From contig JBKAGE010000058.1 in assembly GCA_046290225.1 (NCBI GenBank), positions 1 through 61,084 on the forward strand: DNA of 61,084 nucleotides, written 5' to 3'. Origin of the DNA: Bradymonadia bacterium. GTDB lineage: Bacteria; Myxococcota_A; Bradymonadia; UBA7976; UBA1532. Under the pieces are notes generated by a model. That model did no database searches. It was not told the DNA's origin and was given only the letters and a program-made list of their open reading frames with translations. Positions 9,452 to 19,176 of the stretch are shown here, piece by piece. A program made the position numbers and the translations under genes. Numbering within the stretch: the first letter of the stretch is position 1; each line of letters opens with the position of its first letter.

Positions 9452-10537
9452 TCAGCCTTTCTGAGCCTGCCTCCACCCCTCGATGTACCACTCGCAATAA
9501 CGTCGGTAGCCCTGGCTCAAGGGCCACTGTGGCACGAAGCCCAGCTGGGCTCGGGCACGATCGATCGACAACGTGCCGCGCACCGGGCGGCTGTTGTCCC
9601 AGGGGTGCACTTCAATCTGTACCTCAGGGACGAGATCTTTCACCACCTCGGCCAGGGTTTTGATCGGCTGCGCCGCCCCGTAGGTCAAGTTGAAGATGCC
9701 GTGATCCTCAGGGCCGCGATGCAGCGCCAGGGCCCGAGTGATGCCGTCGGCGAGATCGGCCACGTAGGTGAAGTCGAGACGCCCCTCGCCGCCGCCGTCG
9801 AGGCGCAGGGCCTTGCCGAGCAGCGCGTTCTCGATGAACAGCTGGCTCACCCGGCGGCTGACGCAGCGCTCGCCGTAGAGGGCGCTGGGGCGGATGATGG
9901 TGGTGCCCAGGCCGTACTGATCGCCATAGGTCTGAAGCAACTTCTCGCCCATGAACTTGGCGTTTGCGTAGATGCCCCGAGGCCTCAGCGGAGAGTCCTC
10001 GTTGACCTCGGATCCTTCGAAGTCGCCGTACACCGTGCTCGAGCTCATGAGCATCACCTGGCTCGTGGTGCTGCTGCGTCGGGCGAGCTCGAGGGTGTTG
10101 CGCAAACTGATGAGCTGCAGGTCGAAGCACACGCCAGGGGTCTTCTTGGCCTGCACCGCGCTGCTGATGGCGGCGAGGTGCACCACCTTGGTGGGCTGGA
10201 ACTGATCGAACCGGTCGCTCAGCGGGCGCTCGTAGCAGGCGTCGACGTTCTCCAGGCGCACCCCCGCCTCTCGCAGCAGCTCGAGGCGGCTGAGCAGGCT
10301 GTTCCGGTACATGCGCCGGGCGATGGGGTGACGGGTGTCGTCGAACTCGTTGGTCACCGCGTGGTTCACCCCGAGGTGGTCGACGACCATGACCTCGGCG
10401 CCCTTGCTGCGCAGTGACAGCGCCACATGGTGGCCGATGAACCCGGCGCCGCCGACGAGGAGCACACGCTGCCCCTGCAGGCCCGAGGCGATGTGGGCGT
10501 CGGTGATGGGTGCTTCAGTGGTGTGGGTCGCGCTCAT
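9452..10537 (-). CDS. NAD-dependent epimerase/dehydratase (extended SDR)
   Basis: GGAGFIG, HLAA, SSSTVYG, YANAK (YxxxK) and LDFTYVAD. Confidence 0.92.
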   Translation of the reverse strand: MSATHTTEAPITDAHIASGLQGQRVLLVGGAGFIGHHVALSLRSKGAEVMVVDHLGVNHAVTNEFDDTRHPIARRMYRNSLLSRLELLREAGVRLENVDACYERPLSDRFDQFQPTKVVHLAAISSAVQAKKTPGVCFDLQLISLRNTLELARRSSTTSQVMLMSSSTVYGDFEGSEVNEDSPLRPRGIYANAKFMGEKLLQTYGDQYGLGTTIIRPSALYGERCVSRRVSQLFIENALLGKALRLDGGGEGRLDFTYVADLADGITRALALHRGPEDHGIFNLTYGAAQPIKTLAEVVKDLVPEVQIEVHPWDNSRPVRGTLSIDRARAQLGFVPQWPLSQGYRRYCEWYIEGWRQAQKG

Positions 10538-10667
10538 GATGCATGCCTCCCCGAATGGCTCGCCGGGTGCTCGTCGCTGGGAAACGGCCTGTATAGATGT
10601 GAGACTTGAGAAAAAATAGAAGATCTATCGCGCAAAGGTGCTGACCTTGAGATCACAGGCCTCGACA

Positions 10668-11867
10668 TCACTGACCTCCTTCTGCATGCGCTTCTCGGAT
10701 CGCCGACGCCAGGGCGTGGCCGATCCGCTCCGGATCCCCCTCGGCGAGGTGGGGGGCCACTGGCAATGAGATGGTCTGGGCCGAGATCCATTCAGAAACG
10801 GGGAAATCTCCGGGCTGGTAGCCATAGCGCTCGCGGTAGTAGCTCATCAGCGGGACCGGCCGCGGGTAGTGCAGGCTGCTGCCGATGCCCTTGCCCTTGA
10901 GACGGGCCACGAGATCGTCTCGATCGAGGCCTCCGCGTCGATCGGGATCCCGATCGAGGATGGCGTTGATGCAGTAATGCGAGCTCGCCGAAGGGCCCTT
11001 GATGCGCTCGAAGACCGTGATCTCGGGGATGGTGCTGAGTACCCCCTTGAGCTGTGCATAGTTCCGGGCCCGGATGGCCTGATGCTCGTCGAGGCGGCCG
11101 AGCTGGACCAGCCCCACGGCGGCCTCGACCTCGCTCATACGGTAGTTGTAGCCGAGCACGTTGACGTCATAGACCCCGGGCTTGCCCCGCTTGCCCACGG
11201 GCTTGTCGTAGCCGAAGGCGCGGCGTTGAGTCACCGCCTTCGCCAGCTCGGGATCGTTGGTGGTCACCATGCCCCCCTCGATGCTGGTCATGTGCTTGAC
11301 GGGATAGAACGAGAAGCACCCCGCCTTGGCCAGGGCGCCGGCCTTTCGGGTGCCGTAGGTGGCGTCGATGGCCAGGGCGCAGTCTTCCACGATGAAGGCC
11401 CCCGCCTGATCGGCGATGGCCTGGAGCGCCTCCATCTGGCAGGGTAAACCGAGGTAGTGCACCACCATGATGGCCTTGGTCCGCGGGGTCACCGCCCGGG
11501 CCACCTGCTCCGGATCGATGTTTCCGGTGTCGGGCTCCACGTCGACGAAGACAGGCCTGGCGCCGCAGTACTCCACGGCGTGACCTGTGGCCACGTGGGT
11601 CATGGCGGGCACGATGACCTCGTCACCAGGGCCGACGCCCGAAGACAGCAGCACCAGATGCAAGCCTGCAGTGCACGACGACACCGCGATGGCGTGATCT
11701 ACGCCTACACGCTCGGCCATCTGCGCTTCGAAGGCTTTGGTCGAGGCCCCGTGCACGAGCATGTGCCCCTTCAACACCTGCACCACGGCATCAATCTCTG
11801 GATCGCCGATGATGGGGCGGCCAAAAGGGATCGGGCGGGTGGTCGGATCAAGATCGTTCTGGGCCAT
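10668..11867 (-). CDS. DegT/DnrJ/EryC1/StrS PLP-dependent sugar aminotransferase
   Basis: VSSCTAGLHL, GPGDEVIVP, IVEDCA, FSFYPVKHMTSIEGGM and GYNYRMSE. Confidence 0.93.
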   Translation of the reverse strand: MAQNDLDPTTRPIPFGRPIIGDPEIDAVVQVLKGHMLVHGASTKAFEAQMAERVGVDHAIAVSSCTAGLHLVLLSSGVGPGDEVIVPAMTHVATGHAVEYCGARPVFVDVEPDTGNIDPEQVARAVTPRTKAIMVVHYLGLPCQMEALQAIADQAGAFIVEDCALAIDATYGTRKAGALAKAGCFSFYPVKHMTSIEGGMVTTNDPELAKAVTQRRAFGYDKPVGKRGKPGVYDVNVLGYNYRMSEVEAAVGLVQLGRLDEHQAIRARNYAQLKGVLSTIPEITVFERIKGPSASSHYCINAILDRDPDRRGGLDRDDLVARLKGKGIGSSLHYPRPVPLMSYYRERYGYQPGDFPVSEWISAQTISLPVAPHLAEGDPERIGHALASAIREAHAEGGQ

Positions 11868-12337
11868 GTGGGGCACCTCTTGTCGTTCAAAGCTCAGCGC
11901 TCGGCGCTCAGGCGTACGTCGTCGGGTTCGCGGGGTCGAGGGCAGGGCGCACGACGCCCACAGCCTTCACCACGTCACCGGCGACCGCACGGGCCGGTGG
12001 CCCATGGTCGTTCGCCGGGGTGTCGTCGATCAACTTCCTCTGAGAGGTCCTGACAAAACGGCGGACTACGCTGTCTCATCAAGGCCTCTGATCGGTCACA
12101 ACAGAATGTGGGTCGTAGACCCCGCCAATACACACCTCGACCGCTGTGCGCCCTCACGCTCGGCGGCAGGTGTATGTGCTCTCATCTCTCGTGTCTAATG
12201 GACACCGGCGGTCCAGCCTCTATCTCAAAATCTTCTGCAGAGTTTCGCCGTGCCCCCCCGTCGAACTCTGGTACAACCCCCCTCGAGAGCCTGAAGACCG
12301 CCCCGAGCCGACGATCCATGCCCAGTGGAGCCCCCGC

Positions 12338-13864
12338 GTGAAGCACTTCGCCCTGCCCGTCATTTGTGGTGCCCTCTTTGCCTGTAGCCCCGGCGTGAGC
12401 CCGGAGTCGATGACCGCGCCGAAGATTGTGGGCGATGCCCCGAGCTGTCGGGGCGAGTCCCTCGACCTCAGCCCCGACGGCCGTTGGATCGCGGTGACGT
12501 GTCGCGACTTCTCCGCGTCGATCATCGAGGTGGATCCAGCGAAGCTCGACACGTTGGGCGCCATGACCTCGCTGCCGAAGGTGGGCAGCGGAGAGGGCAT
12601 CCGGTTCCACCCCTCGGGGGCCTTCGCGGCCTTGTCGGCCTATCGTGAGGCGGCCTGCCCACAGGGCAATGCCAACCCTCAATGTCAGAGCCCCTTCGGC
12701 AGCGAGGTGGTCATCTTGGGCTTCCCGCAGAGCGGCGCCCCGGCGAGCCTGAAGCCCGCGGTGATCGATCGCTGGCCCGTGGCACAGGGCGACACGAGCT
12801 GCCTTGCCGGCGAAGACGTCGCTTTCTCTGCCGACGGTCGCCGCCTCGCCGTGATCTGCAATCTGCCCAGTCAGGTCTTCGTCTTCGACGCTGACCCTGC
12901 TTCGGAAGGCTTTGGGCAGGTGCTCCACCGGGTCGACGTACCTGCGGGTGACGGGCGCACCGGTTGGCTCGACGAGGTGGTGATCAACGCCGATGGCAGC
13001 CGCATCTACATCTCCGAGCTCGATGGTGAGCAGGTGAAGTCTGGTGTGGTGCAGGTGGTCGATGGTGCCGCTGGCAAGCTGAAGACGCCGATCAAGGCCC
13101 CCCACATGCTCGTGGGGTTGCACCTCGATCCTTCGGGATCACACCTCGTGAGCACGGCGTGGCAGGTGGGCGCCGCCCGCATCGATCTCGCCAAGCCCGC
13201 TGCAGAGGACGGCATCTTGATGCTGCGCTACGACGGTGGGGGCTTCAGCTACGATCTCACCACAGGCTCGGCCCCTGGAGGTCGCTATGGCTATGCCGTG
13301 ACCCAGTACCCCGCCCGGCTCGATGTGTACGACTTCGACACCCGTAAGCGCGGGAGCGTGGCGTTGCCCGACGTGCGCTCACGACAGCCCACGGCGACGG
13401 TGCCCCGACGCGATGGCCAGCGGCTGTACGTGCAGCACGAGGTGGGCAAGGTCATCATCGTCGATCCGCAGTTGCCGGCTCCGGAGGCCTACGTGGCACA
13501 GTTCACCCTCGATGCACCGTGTCAGGGTGAGGCCAGCCTCTCGTGGTCGGCCCCTGGCGCCACGGCGGTGAAGATCAATGGGGCGGAGCAGAAGCCGGAG
13601 GGCGCTCAGGTGGTCATGAGTGAGAAGACCCGGCGCCATACCCTCGAAGCCACCTTCCCTCAGGGCAAGGTGATCACCTCGACGGTGCAGTGGCGACCTG
13701 AGGCGAAGGTTTACAGTGGTGTGTGTGGGCAGGTGCCCACGCCTGTGGCGCCTGCACCCGCAGAGCCAGTGCCCGCAGAGCCAGTACCCACTGAGCAGCC
13801 CGTCAAGCAGCCTGCTCCAACGCCTCCTGGAGGCGCTGCACCACCCGCGCCCCCGACGCCCTGA
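12338..13864 (+). CDS. YVTN/WD40-like beta-propeller lipoprotein with Pro-rich tail
   Basis: Lipobox LFAC after a GTG start, repeated SPDGR/SADGR/NADGS blade motifs and a PAEPV repeat tail. Confidence 0.75.
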   Translation: MKHFALPVICGALFACSPGVSPESMTAPKIVGDAPSCRGESLDLSPDGRWIAVTCRDFSASIIEVDPAKLDTLGAMTSLPKVGSGEGIRFHPSGAFAALSAYREAACPQGNANPQCQSPFGSEVVILGFPQSGAPASLKPAVIDRWPVAQGDTSCLAGEDVAFSADGRRLAVICNLPSQVFVFDADPASEGFGQVLHRVDVPAGDGRTGWLDEVVINADGSRIYISELDGEQVKSGVVQVVDGAAGKLKTPIKAPHMLVGLHLDPSGSHLVSTAWQVGAARIDLAKPAAEDGILMLRYDGGGFSYDLTTGSAPGGRYGYAVTQYPARLDVYDFDTRKRGSVALPDVRSRQPTATVPRRDGQRLYVQHEVGKVIIVDPQLPAPEAYVAQFTLDAPCQGEASLSWSAPGATAVKINGAEQKPEGAQVVMSEKTRRHTLEATFPQGKVITSTVQWRPEAKVYSGVCGQVPTPVAPAPAEPVPAEPVPTEQPVKQPAPTPPGGAAPPAPPTP

Positions 13865-14921
13865 GCTGGCCCAGGGCCCACAAGGCGTCGAGATCCAGAT
13901 CCTGATCGTTGCGGCGCAGAATGTCGGCCCGATCGGCGACGAAGAGCACCTCGCCGAGGGGTTCGCTGTGCGTGGGGGCCGCGCGGCGGTGGTGGTTGGC
14001 CACTGCCCGGGCGATGTGCGGGCTCAGCTGCCACGACAAACACGCCATACCGCCCAGAGGCTCGTGCAGGGCGCCGAGGATCATGCGCACCCCCTCAGGG
14101 GTCAGCTTCAACTCTCGCCGCATCGAGCGACGCAGCTCAGCCACATGGTCGAAGATCACCAGCTTGCCCACGTCGTGGAGCAGCGCCAGCGTAAAGGCGT
14201 GCTCGGGGTGGGCGTTGAAGGCCGGGGCGATGTAGCGAGCCAGGGGGGCCGCGTGCTGCATGTGATCCCAGAGCGCCTCTGGCATGCCCTGGAATGGGCG
14301 CCCGGGGGTACACAGCAACCCGCCCACCACATGATGCAGGACCACATTGCTCACCCCCGTGCGACCGATGCGAGTCACGGCGTCGGAGATGGAGGAGATG
14401 GGTTGCGTCGTGGCGTAGTAACTCGAGTTCGCGGTCCTCAGAAGCGACTGAGCCAGGGCGGGATCTTTCCTGATTTGTGCCACGAGGGCTTCGGTGTCGC
14501 TCTCGGCATCCTGAGTGAGCGCCAGGGCTTCGCGGGCTGCCTGGGGTAGCTGAGGCACGAGGGCTCGGGGTGGCCGGGCCAGCGCATCGAGAACAGCTGC
14601 GAAGTCGGCGCCGCCTGCTGCCAGGCGCCCCGGGTCGCGCAACCAGTCGAAACATGCGTCGAGGTGAGCCCTCAGGGCCGCGCCCAACGTATCGTCAGTG
14701 GCGTCGATGACCTGAGACGGGATGGGGTGGGTGCTCTCGGCCCCTGGAGGCGGGACAGATGACGATGTCTGCTCAGCAGGTGGCCGAGACATGGGTGACG
14801 TGGTGACCCTGTATGACTCAGACTGCGCTGGAGCGGGCAGAGTCGCCACATCTTCGTCGTCCAGATCGAACCGGTTGCGACCCAGCAAACGGCCCACCAG
14901 GGCCCAGAGCTTGCTCAACAT
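13803..14921 (-). CDS. HDOD domain protein
   Basis: DPALAQSLLRTANSSYY, SISDAVTRIG, ALLHDVGKLV and AVANHH. The GGAG RBS and start overlap the upstream gene. Confidence 0.85.
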   Translation of the reverse strand: MLSKLWALVGRLLGRNRFDLDDEDVATLPAPAQSESYRVTTSPMSRPPAEQTSSSVPPPGAESTHPIPSQVIDATDDTLGAALRAHLDACFDWLRDPGRLAAGGADFAAVLDALARPPRALVPQLPQAAREALALTQDAESDTEALVAQIRKDPALAQSLLRTANSSYYATTQPISSISDAVTRIGRTGVSNVVLHHVVGGLLCTPGRPFQGMPEALWDHMQHAAPLARYIAPAFNAHPEHAFTLALLHDVGKLVIFDHVAELRRSMRRELKLTPEGVRMILGALHEPLGGMACLSWQLSPHIARAVANHHRRAAPTHSEPLGEVLFVADRADILRRNDQDLDLDALWALGQLRASGARVVQRLQEALEQAA

Positions 14922-15724
14922 GTCATCTCCTCGACCACCTGAAGGCGCCAGCCTCGAGCCGAGCAGGCCTGCTGGAGCGCACCGTCGGGGTCTGCATCGA
15001 ACAAGAGGCCACCTGTGAGGGTTGTCCCCCAGGCGGGCGGGGCGTTCAGGGCGTCGCGCCAGAAGCGGGCACGCCCTGTGGTCGCCTGAGGTGACGAGCT
15101 GGAGGCGTCGAGCTGCTCTGCGCCCACCCCGGGGCCCTTCAGGTGCAACTCGCCAGCACCCCACAACGTCGGCAGCACCTCACCGATGGCGCCGAGGGGG
15201 GTCCACCACGGATGCTGGCTGAGCACCCGAATGCCAGGGGCAGGGCACAGGCCAGAACTCAAACGCTCGGCAAAGGCCATCAGCGTCTGCTCGTCGAAGA
15301 CAGAGTTCAGCGTGGGCGCATTGGTCGGTGACACGAAGCCCCAGCGGGCCTCCGCATCGGACAGTGGCGCCTCAGCGTCAGCAACCACCAAAGACAATCC
15401 AGTGTCGGCCACTCGGGCGTGGGGTCTCAGAGCATCGATGAGAGCCTGGTCAGTCTCGGGGGGCAGTGGGATGAAGCACACCCCCGCCCGGAAGCACCCC
15501 ACCATGGCTTGTACCCAGCGGATGCCAGGCGCCATGGGGGCCACGACGCGGTGGCCCGGGCCCAAACCCAGAGCGCGGGCCGACTCACGAAACACCTTGC
15601 CCCCCGTCCACAGCGTGGGCGCCGGGCAGATGTGCTCCGGCTCACCTGCGCGGTGCATCAGGACCATGGGCTCGGGGTGATGGGGCCAGCGGGCGCGAAA
15701 CGTCGCTGGAAGAGGGGAGAGCAT
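14915..15724 (-). CDS. Degenerate AMP-binding (acyl-CoA ligase-like) N-terminal domain protein, directly downstream of pyp
   Basis: LGLGPGHRVV...W..AMVGCFRAGVCFIPL resembles the ANL-family N-terminal region. It is only 269 aa, with no TSGxTGxPK loop and no C-terminal subdomain. Confidence 0.6.
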   Translation of the reverse strand: MLSPLPATFRARWPHHPEPMVLMHRAGEPEHICPAPTLWTGGKVFRESARALGLGPGHRVVAPMAPGIRWVQAMVGCFRAGVCFIPLPPETDQALIDALRPHARVADTGLSLVVADAEAPLSDAEARWGFVSPTNAPTLNSVFDEQTLMAFAERLSSGLCPAPGIRVLSQHPWWTPLGAIGEVLPTLWGAGELHLKGPGVGAEQLDASSSSPQATTGRARFWRDALNAPPAWGTTLTGGLLFDADPDGALQQACSARGWRLQVVEEMTC

Positions 15725-15731
15725 CAGCGAC

Positions 15732-16097
15732 TCACTTCTTGGTGACGAAGACCCAGTTGCTGTTGTCGCTGCCGCGGAACAGGCGGAGCACCACGTTGGT
15801 GGGCTTCATCTTGTAGGTGAAGGTGTAGTTGAACTCGTGGTCCATCTCCCCCTTCGACACACCATTCTTGAAGCGGCCGAAGACCAGGCGGTTGTTGGTG
15901 CAGGGGGCCACCTGGGTGAAGAAGTTCTTCCCCTCAGCGGTGCTGGTGGCAACGCCGGCCATCTCCGACTCCCAGCGGTTGTAGAGCTCCACCGTGCCGT
16001 CGTCGGCGAGCTTCACCACCCCGTGGGGTGTGCTGTCGGCCTGGGAGCGGGTCATGGTGCTGAGGCTGGCGAGGGTGCTGTTGTTCACGAAAGACAT
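15732..16097 (-). CDS. pyp: Photoactive yellow protein
   Basis: 121-aa PAS protein with YNxxE, GKNFFxxVAPCT, YTFxYxM and WVFV. It aligns without gaps to H. halophila PYP over residues 42-100, with Y42, E46, C69 and M100 conserved. Confidence 0.93.
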   Translation of the reverse strand: MSFVNNSTLASLSTMTRSQADSTPHGVVKLADDGTVELYNRWESEMAGVATSTAEGKNFFTQVAPCTNNRLVFGRFKNGVSKGEMDHEFNYTFTYKMKPTNVVLRLFRGSDNSNWVFVTKK

Positions 16098-16172
16098 GGC
16101 GCTTCTCCTGGTGTCGCTCGGGCGACTGTCAGTTTGAGTCTCGAAAGTGGTGCCCCGAGGGGCGATGGTGCT

Positions 16173-16580
16173 TCAGGCAGCCTCGGACACCGGTGCGAGC
16201 AGGAACTCGCCGATGCGGGCAGTGTCTTCGTCGGTGATGAAAGGTGAAATGCGCTCGATCAGCTGGCTGAGCGTGCTCGACCGCATCTGCAACTCCGGAG
16301 AGCACTCGCCGCGACGGAACATCTGATAATTCAGCTGGGTGTTGAGCATCTGCCAGTGGCAGCGCAGTTCGATGTATCGCAGCGCGATGGCGAAGATCAG
16401 CTCCTCGTCGTCATCCACCTCGATGAGATGATCGACGAATTGATCACGCAGCCCGCTCGCCCAGGCATACACGCGCTGGCGGTCTTGGGCTTCAGCATCT
16501 TCCCAGTGATCGAGGGTCTCGTGCCATACCTGCTCCAGGCTCTCTGCCTTGATGGCGGCGATGACCTTGTGGGTGCTCAT
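16173..16580 (-). CDS. Hypothetical helical protein upstream of pyp
   Basis: 135 aa, strong AAGGAG RBS, host-like codon usage, co-oriented with pyp. Confidence 0.75.
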   Translation of the reverse strand: MSTHKVIAAIKAESLEQVWHETLDHWEDAEAQDRQRVYAWASGLRDQFVDHLIEVDDDEELIFAIALRYIELRCHWQMLNTQLNYQMFRRGECSPELQMRSSTLSQLIERISPFITDEDTARIGEFLLAPVSEAA

Positions 16581-16668
16581 GTCACTTCTCCTTCATGGCC
16601 GGACTCTGCATCCGGAAAACCTGTATCCACAGGCAACACACGCCACCTGCAGCTGTGATGTTGTGTAC

Positions 16669-17382
16669 TCAGTCCGCGAAGACCGCGTTGTCCACGATCG
16701 ATTCGAGCACTTTGTGCATGCGCCCCTTGAAGCGCTCCACCGCCGCCCTGGACTTGGCCAGCTCTTCTTCGAGGGCCATCTTCTCGTCGATGAGTGCCAC
16801 CACCTGGGCGTTGAGCGACTCCACCATGAGAGCGCTTTCGTCGCTGCTGCCAGCGGGCGCCGCTGCGACCTTCTCGTCGTAGAGCGCGACCAGCTGAGCC
16901 TCGAGGCTCTCCACTGTGAGCTGCAGCGCGTCGTGACCTTCGCTCTGGTGGTCGTAGAGATCGCAGAGTTGAGCGTTCAAGCTGTCGATGGTGACGAGCA
17001 GATCGTTGCTCTCGGCCGCGTTGTCAGCGCTTTGCTCTGCACGCTCTGCATAGAGGTCGCACAGCTGGGCGTTCAGGTTGTCGATGGTGGCGTGCGCTTG
17101 TGCGAGTGCATCCCCAGGCGCCTCGCCGGCGACCTTCTCGTCGTAGAGCGCCACGAGCTGGGCATTGAGGCCCTCGATGGTCTCCTCGAGGGACTGAATG
17201 GTGTCGGCTCCGCGGGCGATCTTGGCGATGTAGATGTCGTCATGATCAACAGCGTCGAAGAGGCCTGACTGCTCACGCTCCTCGTAGAGGCTGACGAGCT
17301 GTGCCTCCAGGCTGGCCACCATTTCCTGCAGGTCGCCCACTGAGGCGCTCACACCTGTGCGTCCTGAGCTGAGGATGCGCAT
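16669..17382 (-). CDS. Acidic coiled-coil protein with six L-[EN]-A-Q-[LV]-xx-L-[YI]-x-[EH] repeats
   Basis: GAGGGAG RBS and six visible repeats. Two of them share a 23-nt identical DNA segment (16865-16887 and 17129-17151). Confidence 0.78.
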   Translation of the reverse strand: MRILSSGRTGVSASVGDLQEMVASLEAQLVSLYEEREQSGLFDAVDHDDIYIAKIARGADTIQSLEETIEGLNAQLVALYDEKVAGEAPGDALAQAHATIDNLNAQLCDLYAERAEQSADNAAESNDLLVTIDSLNAQLCDLYDHQSEGHDALQLTVESLEAQLVALYDEKVAAAPAGSSDESALMVESLNAQVVALIDEKMALEEELAKSRAAVERFKGRMHKVLESIVDNAVFAD

Positions 17383-17646
17383 GACTGTTCTCCCTCTATC
17401 CGTTGATGGTGGCATGTAAAGCCCGAGCACGCTCCCGCGTCGTGCTGATGTGTTCCACGAGACCTCGAACCGCCACCCTGCTCAGTCTCTGTGTCATGTG
17501 AGATGGTTTCGGACAGGGATGAGTGGGGCTTGAATGGTATTTGTAGAAAAATCAGTTGTTTGCGTATGGCTGCATTCTGGTTTTTGAATGTGTTTCAGGT
17601 GCTCAAGAGAGCTGTGTCATCCGCCGTTGACCGGAACGAAGAGCAG

Positions 17647-19176
17647 ATGAAATACGCGACAGTAAAAAGGGCAGGTCCAGTGATTGATAGAAACCATCAA
17701 ATCAGGTTGTTGGGCGTAGCTCTGGCGCCTCTGGCCCTCGGTGGTGTCGCCTGGATGTCAGGCCATCTCGAGGGGCTGTGGATGCTGCCGGTGTGCCTCA
17801 CCACTGTGTGGTCATTCTACGAGATTCGGGCTCTGAAGAGGGCAGACACGAGAGGCGTGAATGAACAACAAATGACCCTGGTGACCCAAAATGAGTCCGG
17901 TGGAGGGTCGGACAGCGAGTTCATGAATCGTCGGGCGGCCGAAGAGCAATTTGAAGCGCATCGACGGGAGATCCTCCACATGGGCACGTTGCTCGAAGAG
18001 AACGTGCTGGCGTTGGTGGAGCAGGTCGATTTCTCGGCGAACATGGTGGAAGACGCCTCGATCACCACCACCGAGTGCACCGAGGCCTCCAGTGATCAGG
18101 TCGAGGCTGCTCAAACCGCAGCTTCAGATACCCACGAGCACATGGGGCAGATGATCGAGGCCATCCAGTACGTATCGACTTCGATCGTCGACATCACCGC
18201 CGAGGTGGGGCGTTCCGAGGTCATCACCCACGAGGCCGTCGAGGCTGCGCGCAAGACCGATGACATCGTCACGGGTCTCACGGGTGCGGCCGAGCGCATT
18301 GGTGATGTGGTGATCATGATCCAACAGGTGGCGCGGCAGACGAACCTGCTGGCGCTCAATGCCACCATCGAGGCGCAGCGGGCCGGTGAAGCAGGGAAGG
18401 GTTTCACCGTGGTGGCGGAAGAGGTCAAGCGGCTGGCCCACCAGACCGCCGCTGCTGCAGGAGAGATCGCTGCACAAATCGACGAAATGCAGGGGGCCAC
18501 GGGTGAAGCGGTGGGGGCGATTCAGGGCATCAGCGACTTGATCAGGCGCATCGACGAGGTGATGTCTTCGGTGAAGTCCTCTCTTGAGCAGCAAGAGGAG
18601 GCTACAGGGCGCATCAACGGCCACATTCAGCAGACCACCCACGGCAGCACGCGCATCAAGACGCAGGTGGCCGAGATCCAGGCTGCCCTCGACGCCACCA
18701 TGGACAAGGCCGCGGAGAGCCTCTGCGCCACCTCGATTCTCAAGACCTCGTCACAACAACTCAGCCAGGAAGTGAGCAATTTTCTCGGGCATCTGCGCCG
18801 CACTCGGGCGGGCAATCGCCGTCGTCATCCGCGGGCCAATCTTCATATTCCCGTGGAGGCCAGGGTGGGCTCGAAGGCCATCGACAGTCAGGTGGTCGAC
18901 ATCTCCCGCGTGGGCATCGGCCTGGCGCCCGTGCCCGAGCTCACGGTGGGCGAGCGTCTGACCCTGTCGTTGCCCGAGGTGGGTGAAGTGTCGGGGCGCA
19001 TTGTCTGGTGCGGGAAGTCTCGTGTGGGCATCGACTTTTATCGCATTTGCGCCGAGGACAGCATCAACGCGCTGGTGCAGCAGTTCAATGGTGAGTGGGA
19101 GGTCGAAGAGCAGGAAGGCGCCAACATCGACGAGACCGGCCATGTCATCGAGCAGGCTGCAAGCGCTCCGGCGTGA
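17647..19176 (+). CDS. Methyl-accepting chemotaxis protein with C-terminal PilZ domain
   Basis: Two adjacent N-terminal hydrophobic helices, hairpin tip [34 protein letters not shown], and PilZ motifs RRRHPR and DISRVG. Start codon uncertain. Confidence 0.88.
   Translation: MKYATVKRAGPVIDRNHQIRLLGVALAPLALGGVAWMSGHLEGLWMLPVCLTTVWSFYEIRALKRADTRGVNEQQMTLVTQNESGGGSDSEFMNRRAAEEQFEAHRREILHMGTLLEENVLALVEQVDFSANMVEDASITTTECTEASSDQVEAAQTAASDTHEHMGQMIEAIQYVSTSIVDITAEVGRSEVITHEAVEAARKTDDIVTGLTGAAERIGDVVIMIQQVARQTNLLALNATIEAQRAGEAGKGFTVVAEEVKRLAHQTAAAAGEIAAQIDEMQGATGEAVGAIQGISDLIRRIDEVMSSVKSSLEQQEEATGRINGHIQQTTHGSTRIKTQVAEIQAALDATMDKAAESLCATSILKTSSQQLSQEVSNFLGHLRRTRAGNRRRHPRANLHIPVEARVGSKAIDSQVVDISRVGIGLAPVPELTVGERLTLSLPEVGEVSGRIVWCGKSRVGIDFYRICAEDSINALVQQFNGEWEVEEQEGANIDETGHVIEQAASAPA

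Noticed and set aside
14922..15164. N-terminal extension of the HDOD ORF suggesting a ligase-HDOD frameshift fusion
   Set aside because: The extension is low-complexity overlap sequence, and HDOD has its own RBS and ATG at 14921.
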